From assembly GCA_038121105.1 (NCBI GenBank), contig JAYONB010000001.1, positions 354,429 through 418,428 on the forward strand: a stretch of 64,000 bases of DNA. The letters run 5' to 3'. Both the position numbers and the translations under genes were made by a program. Positions 57,501-64,000 of the stretch are shown here, in pieces (position 1 is the first letter of the stretch; each line of letters opens with the position of its first letter). The notes under the pieces are model-generated. The model had not been told where the DNA came from, made no database searches, and was given only the letters and a program-made list of their open reading frames with translations. Origin of the DNA: Alphaproteobacteria bacterium (GTDB lineage Bacteria; Pseudomonadota; Alphaproteobacteria; SHVP01).

Positions 57501-58577
57501 TGAATAGTTCTGTGTTGTCCGGAGCTCCTGACCCGGCACATCAAGCAAGGAAGACTGAAGACGCACGTCTGCAAAAGGCCAGTCGATTGCGCGGTACGGA
57601 TCGTCGATGCGCGGCAGCGATGGTTCGTTTCGCCGTGCTCGACGCACGCCGGCGATCCGTCGCTGCCGCTCAAGCCTTTGTTGTAACGGAATCGGTGTTT
57701 CAGGAACTACGCTGACGACAAGGTCTCGAAAATCAACATCCAAGCGCACACTGAACCAAATCGCGAATACATCGCTGTGAACAAGGATCGAGTCATCCAG
57801 ACGTCGTACATCGTTGGCGACAACTTCAATTGTTTCTCCCTCGATCGTCACGATCCCCGCATTGAGGTCAAGTGCGAAGGTGTTCTCTGGATTGATGAAG
57901 AAACCAGAAGCTGTGCCGCTCGGGGCATCGACGTCGATCGCGAACTCAAGGAGTTCAACGGCTTCCCCAAGGTCGACTAGAATTCCGTCGCCCTGTTTGA
58001 CCCCAAACAGAGACTGGAGGAACCGTCGGTTGTCGATCCGGACCTCGAAAATCAGTTCTTCGCCATCCGGTATTCCTGATTCATCGTCTGCAAGCGTCAG
58101 AGCCGAAACTGTTGTTTCCGCTTCTACCTCGACGAGTGGAGCCTCGAGCAAAGGGCCGCGGAGTCGCCTGACAAATTCAGTCGCAAGGTTCTTGCGAACC
58201 TCGTCTTGCGTTTCCTTGGTATCGGTGATGGCCAACAAACGTCGGGCCAAGTCAGCCTCGGGGCCAGTGACCGGGGCTAGGTTCGTTGATGGCACCGCCG
58301 GCTGAATCGTATCGGCGGGAATGAGGGGCGCCGAACTGACTGGAGGAACAAGCGGCCTGGTGTCAGCAATCACCGGAGCGTCGCTTTCCGGCGAAGCATC
58401 CCCTGCTCCAGCCGAAGGGCCAGCTTCTTGTCCGTCAGGAAGTCGTTTGAGAAATTCCTCGAGTAGTGGGGTTAGGTCGCTGGTCTGTTGAGCAATCGCA
58501 GTCTCGGCGCCAAGCGACAAGCCGGAAATCGAGACGCCCACCGCCGCAACAAGACGCTGGAGGTATGAAAGGCACAC
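54525..58577 (-). CDS. chaperone-usher pathway outer-membrane usher homologue (1350 aa) with an N-terminal extension and three C-terminal SPOR-like repeats
   Basis: GTG at 58577, 9 nt after GGAGG. Signal peptide present. Usher N-terminal-domain-like region, then the plug motif FVGTEQPGTDIELYRNGILQDLQTVGDDGRYEFRDVPLVLGDNEFRLVFYGTQGEIREERASRTVT. A long S/T/G/N-rich amphipathic beta-barrel stretch ends ...LLSLSFAAG. A PapC-C-like region follows (VTVELRNSQGEVVSTDQTLFDGFFLFVNVFPGDYTIQ). Then come three ~75-aa repeats (LG.F/Y...A....L.RRLYP.L...VGPF......C..L.....C.V) resembling SPOR domains. Confidence 0.8.
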   Translation of the reverse strand: MCLSYLQRLVAAVGVSISGLSLGAETAIAQQTSDLTPLLEEFLKRLPDGQEAGPSAGAGDASPESDAPVIADTRPLVPPVSSAPLIPADTIQPAVPSTNLAPVTGPEADLARRLLAITDTKETQDEVRKNLATEFVRRLRGPLLEAPLVEVEAETTVSALTLADDESGIPDGEELIFEVRIDNRRFLQSLFGVKQGDGILVDLGEAVELLEFAIDVDAPSGTASGFFINPENTFALDLNAGIVTIEGETIEVVANDVRRLDDSILVHSDVFAIWFSVRLDVDFRDLVVSVVPETPIPLQQRLERQRRIAGVRRARRNEPSLPRIDDPYRAIDWPFADVRLQSSLLDVPGQELRTTQNYSVVGRGDLGLATGEFFLSGNRDDLFNSARLTLRREDPTGGLLGPLQATRVEVGDVIAPGLPVGGTGIGGFITNNTTGIQNLGTTTDFVGTEQPGTDIELYRNGILQDLQTVGDDGRYEFRDVPLVLGDNEFRLVFYGTQGEIREERASRTVTSVGRLTNLPTYSAAIFKPGEPLIPLEPVSQEPGPLASAVNVQRSFSNGVSASAGLSFVDTGRPSTGSLDAAVSSPLFDGVASLGTTTSFDSGWNATAEYRTSYGGQSVGLRFETTQASGPSNANGFSVSASGDIPIIGAFELPYTASASRIVSETGTVSDSARLSNSTGLGRFRLSNTLEWARLDLPSANQQRSLTGTVQNSVFVSPVNFRLGASYRLIETRQLQRVDGDINWTINNRSQARLGYQRFLLSQRKAYSLGGSYRFDRFILSPTLTYDSNNQFFALLSLSFAAGREPFSGRVETAGSTFTGGGAVAARVFRDENLNRQLDPGEELLPDVRVEAVQANKSDDTNEEGIAFVKRLPPYLLTDVRVRPGSLPDPFLAPLVTGRSVLPRPGRTNTIDFPVALTTEIEGSVVALLDEGAELSPLPGVTVELRNSQGEVVSTDQTLFDGFFLFVNVFPGDYTIQLSPENVATQGLVVPAPRRIPVPVTPEADPILGVQIVTGRPGLTLPPPADLKLAAVRLGLFPTPESARASVAIYRELYPELLGSLALETPLDQQAGPFDLTLGRLSPAAAETVCARLKATNISCDVVGFPYVPEPPVLLPSSIEAVSGEINAPTATEGPIDFSTDVPVIVDLGRYPTADRADIAWSLLRRLYAADLEGADRQSGVDPEVLQVGPLTREGSEALCVQLGSSVPRCDAKPIVTDTPMAAADTKAPAPLPGLRPIGPVVAAEPVWPVEKAPLPAIEETADAVSDTPAETVVAVRLGEYGSQTGVDAGWQLMRRLYPDVLQSARPLQSADPVADKRPLLVGPFTEINALSICARLIADGQTCRVTRARL

Positions 58578-58603
58578 GGTGTTTGCCTCCGGACCAATCC
58601 TCC

Positions 58604-59449
58604 CTAATTACCGATCTGGAAGCTTTGGTCGAACCAAGTGCGTCCGGCGTATTCGTCAGCGCCGACAAACGCCACTCTTAGGATCCCTGGTGGTATTTGC
58701 TGCTGATTGAGCAAAACGGTAGCCAGGCGCGATTGCACATCGGGATAGACCGCTACGTTCTGGAGCAATCCAATTTGCGACTCCGGCGAGTTCGGGTTCT
58801 GTCTCCAGTAAATGCGCAATCGCCCGTAGGCACTGAAGTTGCCCTCTTGAGCTAGTTGAACCTTCAGACCCAGGCGGTTCAGTTCATCGACACTCAGCTC
58901 CGCACCGGACAAACTGACGCCGGGTCGGCCGCCGCCGTGACGAATCATAATCGGAATTGCAAAGCCAAGATTCATGAAGACCTGAATCGCCGCTCCGCCG
59001 CTCCCACTCTGTCGGGCAGCGCTTCGTTGGCGTTCGTCGATAACCACAAAGGCGAGATGGGACCGGTATTCACCGGTCGGAAGATCGGCTGGGCGTCGCA
59101 ACGCAAGCCGAACCTGTTGCCGTTCACCCGGACCGAGCGTCACTTGGCGCGGACTGAACCGCACATAGGGACTCGCAATCCGCATCTCAGGTGTCGGGTC
59201 GGCTACATCAACATACTGGCCGTCTACGGTTGCGGTCTTCTCCTGCCACTCCAGCCTATAAGTTGCTGCGGTATCGCTTTGATTGGTAACTATCACCGTG
59301 GCTGATCGCTCGCGACCTTCGAAAATGACCCGCAAGGGACTAATGAGAAGTTGGGCGCTGGCCTGCTGACCGATCGCGACCGCAAAGAGACCGCTGAACG
59401 TCAGGAGGCGAAGCCAGGGGAGAAAGCTCTGAAGAGGGAAAAACGACAT
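58604..59449 (-). CDS. periplasmic pilus chaperone (PapD/CsuC-like)
   Basis: 281 aa. Signal peptide. PapD-N pattern LLISPLRVIFEGRERSATVIVTNQSDTAATYRLEW...PYVRFSPRQVTLGPGERQQVRLAL. Confidence 0.8.
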   Translation of the reverse strand: MSFFPLQSFLPWLRLLTFSGLFAVAIGQQASAQLLISPLRVIFEGRERSATVIVTNQSDTAATYRLEWQEKTATVDGQYVDVADPTPEMRIASPYVRFSPRQVTLGPGERQQVRLALRRPADLPTGEYRSHLAFVVIDERQRSAARQSGSGGAAIQVFMNLGFAIPIMIRHGGGRPGVSLSGAELSVDELNRLGLKVQLAQEGNFSAYGRLRIYWRQNPNSPESQIGLLQNVAVYPDVQSRLATVLLNQQQIPPGILRVAFVGADEYAGRTWFDQSFQIGN

Positions 59450-59548
59450 GTCGATGCCCGGTTCTTTAGGAAAGAATCTGGCTTTCTCTAATAAAGACCC
59501 ATGGTTAACGGATTGCTAATCTCGCCGCAAGAGGGCCGATTCAACAAT

Positions 59549-60037
59549 TCAATAGTTCACGATAAGGGAAGCTGTGCCAGCGTATTGACGGTCGTCATAG
59601 GGCGTGCCGTCGCCGGACGTCTCGAGCGTTCCGCCGATGAATATGGTTACGCTGCCTGTTGGATCGGTCGAAATGTTGGGCGAATAGACGAAACCGACGT
59701 TGAACTTCTTGCCTGTGCCCTGGCCGTCTTCTGAGAGTTCGATCGGTTGAATACTCAGTGACAGAGCGGTGGAGGGCTGAAATCCTGTCGCCAGGAACTC
59801 GGCACGCTGCGGCGCCGATATCACAAGAATGTTTGCGGTTTCTGAATAGGTTCCGTTCAGGTTCAGGACCAATCGTTCCTTGGCATTGTTCGATCGCATG
59901 GCAATCGTGCCGAAACTGAATTGCTGTTGAAGCGTGATGATCTGAGCGCTTGCAGAGCTTGCTAAAACCAAACCGATTGCCAAGGCGAATCCGACCCGAG
60001 TCGGAATCCCTAACCAATTTCTGTTGACATTCTCCAT
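59549..60037 (-). CDS. SCPU-domain (spore coat protein U / CsuA-B-like) pilus subunit, minor type
   Basis: 162 aa. Signal peptide ...LASSASAQ. C-terminal GTLETSGDGTPYDDRQYAGTASLIVNY is typical of SCPU-domain proteins. Confidence 0.7.
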   Translation of the reverse strand: MENVNRNWLGIPTRVGFALAIGLVLASSASAQIITLQQQFSFGTIAMRSNNAKERLVLNLNGTYSETANILVISAPQRAEFLATGFQPSTALSLSIQPIELSEDGQGTGKKFNVGFVYSPNISTDPTGSVTIFIGGTLETSGDGTPYDDRQYAGTASLIVNY

Positions 60038-60105
60038 CGGCGCTAGATTAAGGCGAGTTGGTTAACGAAACAAAAATGGGTGCCGCGATACGCCAAAGGC
60101 CGTGC

Positions 60106-60144
60106 GCACGAAAAACCCCGCGACCGAAAAGCGGCCGCGGGGCT
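60106..60144 (-). terminator. intra-operon intrinsic terminator/attenuator after the second major pilin gene
   Basis: On the minus strand: CCCCGCG-GCCGCTTTTCGGT-CGCGGGG hairpin followed by TTTTTCGTG. Confidence 0.55.
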
Positions 60145-60170
60145 GTTCAGTAGTGCTGATGGCAAAAGAA

Positions 60171-60770
60171 CTAGAACGCAAATGTAACGCTAAACGTGCC
60201 CGTATAAGTGCCATCAGAGTAGCCGTTGTCTTCGGCACCACCGGAGGTTTGCTGCCGTGTGGTTAAGGTGCCGCCCACGTTGACCGTCAACGCACCTGAC
60301 GCATCCGTCGTGCAGTTAAAGCCTGCACATACCGCCGCTACGTCAAAGTCGAACTGAGTTTCGCCGGTCACTGCCGGATCAACCAGCTGAATGGTCGAAC
60401 CCTGGGTCACGGTGAAAAGCGTACTCGGTGGCGCCGCGGTAATGGCAATCACACCCGGGGTCGGGTTACCGACGACCAGAATACGCGCCGTCCCGTTTCC
60501 GTTGGTTGCCGTTGCCGTTCCCGAATTGCCCGCAAGGACGAGCGTGGCTTGGGTGTTTGCGCCGGTGGGATCCGCGATCGCGGCAATCGTTCCCATCGAG
60601 AGGGGCGTCGTCATGCCCACGGTGAAAGTGTTCTGCACGGTAACCGAAGCGGAGTAGTTTACCGTTTGGCTTTGTGCCAGTGCGGCGTCTGATAGACCCA
60701 CAAAAAAAGCGCCCACCGCAATAGCGGCGACCGCTTTGGCCTTTAGTCTCGAAGACAGACCATAAAACAT
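60171..60770 (-). CDS. SCPU-domain pilin (major-subunit candidate, tandem copy 2)
   Basis: Track ORF 60171..60863 trimmed to the ATG at 60770, 7 nt after AGGA. Signal MFYGLSSRLKAKAVAAIAVGAFFVGLSDAALAQ. Mature part colinear with 60903..61496. Ends ...GTYTGTFSVTFAF. Confidence 0.75.
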   Translation of the reverse strand: MFYGLSSRLKAKAVAAIAVGAFFVGLSDAALAQSQTVNYSASVTVQNTFTVGMTTPLSMGTIAAIADPTGANTQATLVLAGNSGTATATNGNGTARILVVGNPTPGVIAITAAPPSTLFTVTQGSTIQLVDPAVTGETQFDFDVAAVCAGFNCTTDASGALTVNVGGTLTTRQQTSGGAEDNGYSDGTYTGTFSVTFAF

Positions 60771-60834
60771 TTGAAATCCTAAGCTGATTCGCACGCGGAA
60801 GAGATTTCCCAAATCTGCCGCGCTGAACCGTTCA

Positions 60835-60876
60835 AGAAAAAGTTCACTCCCACGAGCCGGCAATCGACTCGCGGGA
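60835..60876 (-). terminator. intra-operon hairpin plus T-run after the first major pilin gene
   Basis: On the minus strand: TCCCGCGAG-loop-CTCGTGGGA (one mismatch) followed by GTGAACTTTTTCT. Confidence 0.45.
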
Positions 60877-60902
60877 GCGCACTTAAGACCTAGACCAGTA
60901 GA

Positions 60903-61496
60903 TTAGAACGCCAACGTAACAGCGTACGTACCGGTGTAGGTGCCGTCCGAGTAACCATTGTCTTCGGCACCACCAGAGGTCTGTGCACGCGTCGACAAAG
61001 TCCCACCAACGTTGATGGTCAATGCACCAGCTGCATCGGTTGTGCAGTTGAACCCTGCGCAAACGGCCGCCGGCGTGAAGTTGAACGTGGTCTCACCAGC
61101 AACGGCCGGGTCAACCAACTGAATTGTCGATCCCTGAGTCACGGTGAACAGCGTGCTCGGCGGTGCGGCAGTGACAGAAAGCACACCCGGCGTTGCGGCG
61201 GTGATTGCCAAAATCCGAGCCGTGCCGTTGCCATTCGTGGTGGTCGAAGTACCCGAGTTGCCGGCCAAGACCAAGGTGGCCTGGGTGTTGGCACTGGTCG
61301 GGTCCGCAACCGCGGCGATCGTGCCGAGGTTGAGAGCGGTGGTCTCGCCGACGGTGAAGGTATTCTGGACGGTCACCGAAGCGGTGTAGTTAACCGTCTG
61401 GCTTTGAGCGTTCGCGTCTTGCGTACCAAAAGCCACAACAGCGAGCGCGGCAACAGCGGCGATCGCCAAATGGTGAAGTTTCAAAAATTTCGTCAT
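60903..61496 (-). CDS. SCPU-domain pilin (major-subunit candidate, tandem copy 1)
   Basis: Track ORF 60903..61604. Start ATG at 61496 (preceded by AGGA), or ATG at 61505. Signal MTKFLKLHHLAIAAVAALAVVAFGTQDANAQ. Ends ...GTYTGTYAVTLAF. TAA stop. Confidence 0.75.
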   Translation of the reverse strand: MTKFLKLHHLAIAAVAALAVVAFGTQDANAQSQTVNYTASVTVQNTFTVGETTALNLGTIAAVADPTSANTQATLVLAGNSGTSTTTNGNGTARILAITAATPGVLSVTAAPPSTLFTVTQGSTIQLVDPAVAGETTFNFTPAAVCAGFNCTTDAAGALTINVGGTLSTRAQTSGGAEDNGYSDGTYTGTYAVTLAF

Positions 61497-62148
61497 TCTA
61501 CTCATCCTACTTTCGTTGTTCCTCGTTAGGCTGCCTTTAGTCGAGGGATTCTCTTGGTGATATCTGTCGCCGCCTGGCGGGGTAGCTTCAGTTCGAACAC
61601 CCATCTTTCTGACGAGCCCCGATCACCGGGAGAATTTCTTCTCGGACGTCCCTTTCGGTCTGCCCTCCTTACAACGGCTCTACCGCCGGTAGATGTGTCA
61701 ATGATCACACCCCGACGACTTCGCCGCCAATTATGGTGGCCCCGTTTCCTGCCGTTCCGCCGCCAACACCGCTCTGTGAACGAAATTGACAAGGGACGAC
61801 CCTCCAGACGCCACACTCCGCTAGTCAGCTCGCAAGTTTCGGGCCAACTTGAAACCCGCACGTTCTTGCTCGCAAAAGTTGCTAAAATCCGAAATATCCT
61901 TGGATTCCCCTGAGTCGCACCAAGGGCTTTCATGGTTAACAACACCGCACACGGTAGATCATTCCCACCCTCGGCATCTTTTACCCGGCAAAACTTGCCG
62001 GGGATGCATCTCTGGTAGTTTCTTCCGGGTTGATGGGACGCCGCGCCCTCGCGCGCATCGTCAGATCGGCAAGCTATTCACCAAATTGGCCGGATCGGGA
62101 CACTAAAATCGGGACAACAAACTGTCCCACTGCGATACGATTGCGCTG

Positions 62149-62874
62149 ATGCCGCCCGCCCGCAACCTTGCCGCCTCACTCCAACGCTGGACGTTTTTGG
62201 TCCCGTTGGGCCTTGCCTACCTGATCGGCATCTTGACCTGGCAGAGTTGGGAATTCTTCTTGGTGATGTCGATCCTGGCTCTCGGACCCGCGGTGTTTGG
62301 GTGCGCCGACCCGGTGGGCGAACTGGTCGACTATATCGGGCGTGAGCGTCGACGGCGTGAACAGGCCCAGTCCCGGCGCCAGACCGTCGAACAACACGCT
62401 GTGAATTTTCTCCGTCTATTGCCGGACCAAAGCGCCGAGGAACTCAGGATCATGGCGCAATGCCTGATTCGGGGGCGCAACGGGTTCAATCGCGACCCGG
62501 CCGACCCGGTGGCGCTGAAACTGACCGAGCGCGGCATTGCCTATGCCGAGCCCGGTTTCACGCCGGCGGGATTTCCGTTCTACTTCACCGACCGGGCCTG
62601 GGTGCTGATGAACGAACTGCGCGACGACGTGTTCGCCGCGCACGACAAGGTCGACGACCAAGCCCTGACGCCCGAACCCGTCCCACGCCCGCGCTTTCAC
62701 CTGCTCTGGTTTATCCACGATCTGGTATTCATCATCCTGAAAGGCCCGGTGCTTTTTCTCGTCATCCTGACAGGTGGCGCCTTTGCCTGGTTCGCCTGGG
62801 TTGCCGCCATGGCGGTGGTCATCGTCGCGCTGGTTTCCACTGGCTATGCGGTGCGCTGGCTTTTGGGGTTCTGA
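62149..62874 (+). CDS. hypothetical membrane protein
   Basis: 241 aa. TM segments at both ends. No SD. No assignable domain. Confidence 0.4.
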   Translation: MPPARNLAASLQRWTFLVPLGLAYLIGILTWQSWEFFLVMSILALGPAVFGCADPVGELVDYIGRERRRREQAQSRRQTVEQHAVNFLRLLPDQSAEELRIMAQCLIRGRNGFNRDPADPVALKLTERGIAYAEPGFTPAGFPFYFTDRAWVLMNELRDDVFAAHDKVDDQALTPEPVPRPRFHLLWFIHDLVFIILKGPVLFLVILTGGAFAWFAWVAAMAVVIVALVSTGYAVRWLLGF

Positions 62875-62936
62875 CGCCCTTAAGCGGGCGGCAAAATTGA
62901 CGTAGGGTCTCCCCTCACCTCTTCGAGATCCCACCA

Positions 62937-64000
62937 ATGACAAGATCACCCGCTTCGACGGCCCTCAAACGATTTACGGTGTTGGACCTGACGCGCGCCC
63001 GCGCGGGGCCCACCGCCGCCCGTATGCTGGCCGATTGGGGGGCCGACGTGATCAAGATCGAGGCCCCGCTCACCGCCAAGGCGCGCGACCCCATGGCCGA
63101 GGATCGGCGCGACCCGGACTTTACCAACCTGCACCGCAACAAACGCACGTTGTCCATCGACCTCAAAAAGGCCGAGGGCGTGGCGCTGTTCAAGAAGCTC
63201 GCCACGACCGCGGACGTCGTGCTGGAGAATTACAGACCGGCGGTCAAAGAACGCCTCGGCATAAGTTATGAGGACTTGCGCCCGCTGAACCCGCGCCTGG
63301 TTTACGGCTCAATTTCGGGATTTGGCCAAGACGGTCCCTATCGCGACCGGCCTGGCGTGGATCAAATCGCCCAAGGGATGGGCGGCCTGATGTCGATTAC
63401 CGGATTGCCGGGTCAGGGACCGGTGCGGGTCGGCATCCCGATTTCCGATCTGTGCGCCGGGATCTTGTTGGGCTACGGCGTTTTGGCTGCGCTCCACGAG
63501 CGCGAGGTGTCTGGCGAGGGCCAGTGGGTTCACACGTCGTTGCTGGAGGCGATGATCCACATGTTGGATTTCCAAGCCGCGCGCTGGTTGATCGACGAGG
63601 ACGTGCCGGGCCAAGCGGGCAACGATCATCCGACCCACGCGCCAATGGGCGTATTCACCGCGCAAGACGGCGACATGAACATTGGCGTGACGGGTCGGCT
63701 GATTTGGGAGCGCTTTTGCGCCGCGATCGATGCGGCGGATCTCGTGGACGATCCACGCTATCGGACCTCAGCCGACCGCTGGCAGTTGCGGGAAGAACTG
63801 CGCACCGCGATCAACGCTAAACTCGCGACCAATACCGTGGCCCACTGGGTCGCCACGCTCAACGCGGCGGGCGTACCCAGCGGCCCGATCAATACGATCG
63901 ACAAGGTCTTTGCCGAACCGCAGGTCCAGCACCTCGGCATTGCACAGAACCCGGCGAACGGCGACCCGGTAACCTTGGTCGGGCAAGCCATCCACATGTC
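62937..64000 (+). CDS. CoA-transferase family III (CaiB/BaiF-like) protein, 3' end beyond the window
   Basis: Not in the ORF track because there is no stop inside the window. The ATG at 62937 translates MTRSPASTALKRFTVLDLTRARAGPTAARMLADWGADVIKIEAP...GVDQIAQGMGGLMSITG..., the family III CoA-transferase pattern. The ORF stays open to position 64000. Confidence 0.75.
   Translation, partial: MTRSPASTALKRFTVLDLTRARAGPTAARMLADWGADVIKIEAPLTAKARDPMAEDRRDPDFTNLHRNKRTLSIDLKKAEGVALFKKLATTADVVLENYRPAVKERLGISYEDLRPLNPRLVYGSISGFGQDGPYRDRPGVDQIAQGMGGLMSITGLPGQGPVRVGIPISDLCAGILLGYGVLAALHEREVSGEGQWVHTSLLEAMIHMLDFQAARWLIDEDVPGQAGNDHPTHAPMGVFTAQDGDMNIGVTGRLIWERFCAAIDAADLVDDPRYRTSADRWQLREELRTAINAKLATNTVAHWVATLNAAGVPSGPINTIDKVFAEPQVQHLGIAQNPANGDPVTLVGQAIHM

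Noticed and set aside
61570-61600. GGGGTAGCTTCAGTTCGAACACCC, a tRNA T-arm-like GTTCGAA motif
   Set aside because: No acceptor stem, D-arm or anticodon arm can be built around it. It lies in the 5' leader or N-terminal extension of the pilin gene.
1-64000. Search for IS elements, integrases, phage genes, CRISPR repeats and rRNA/tRNA genes
   Set aside because: No transposase, integrase or phage-like ORFs, no regularly spaced direct repeats and no structured RNA genes were recognisable by eye. The short 10-nt recurrence CATGGTTAAC (59490 and 61931) is most likely chance.

Overview
GC-rich, densely coding chromosomal segment with alphaproteobacterial-like gene content: about 65 protein-coding genes and no rRNA, tRNA, CRISPR array, transposase or integrase that I can recognise. 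Most genes are catabolic or transport functions. At 0.8-4.3 kb sits a DUF952 / APH-like kinase / racemase-family / acyl-CoA dehydrogenase operon. At 5.2-11.9 kb sits a Liv-type ABC importer operon ending in a FadD-like acyl-CoA ligase. Further along are an alpha/beta hydrolase plus FAH hydratase pair, an orphan family-5 substrate-binding protein (a second orphan lies at 34.3 kb), preT/preA-like dihydropyrimidine dehydrogenase, an orphan PAS sensor kinase plus TPR protein, and an oxygenase/desaturase/kinase group. A third APH-like kinase lies with tandem MFS transporters. There is an acyl-CoA ligase plus MenB/BadI-like crotonase pair, a D-aminoacylase and tandem FAD-flavoproteins, and a sulfur-metabolism neighbourhood (rhodanese, hspQ, SDR, cysK-like, AlaX, sseA, metC, hisI). 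A modABC operon is preceded by a ModE-type Mo-box. The most unusual part is at 53.6-61.6 kb: a spore-coat-protein-U-domain (SCPU, Csu-like, archaic) chaperone-usher pilus operon. Its 1350-aa usher carries three C-terminal SPOR-like (peptidoglycan-binding) repeats, a SPOR lipoprotein gene lies next to it, and hairpin-plus-T-run attenuators follow each major pilin gene. Two otherwise intact genes (a DUF899 protein and a serine/threonine dehydratase) each carry one in-frame TAA. Three paralogous APH-family kinases sit in three different contexts. One racemase-family enzyme has a histone-H1-like lysine-rich tail. The window ends inside a family III CoA-transferase gene.
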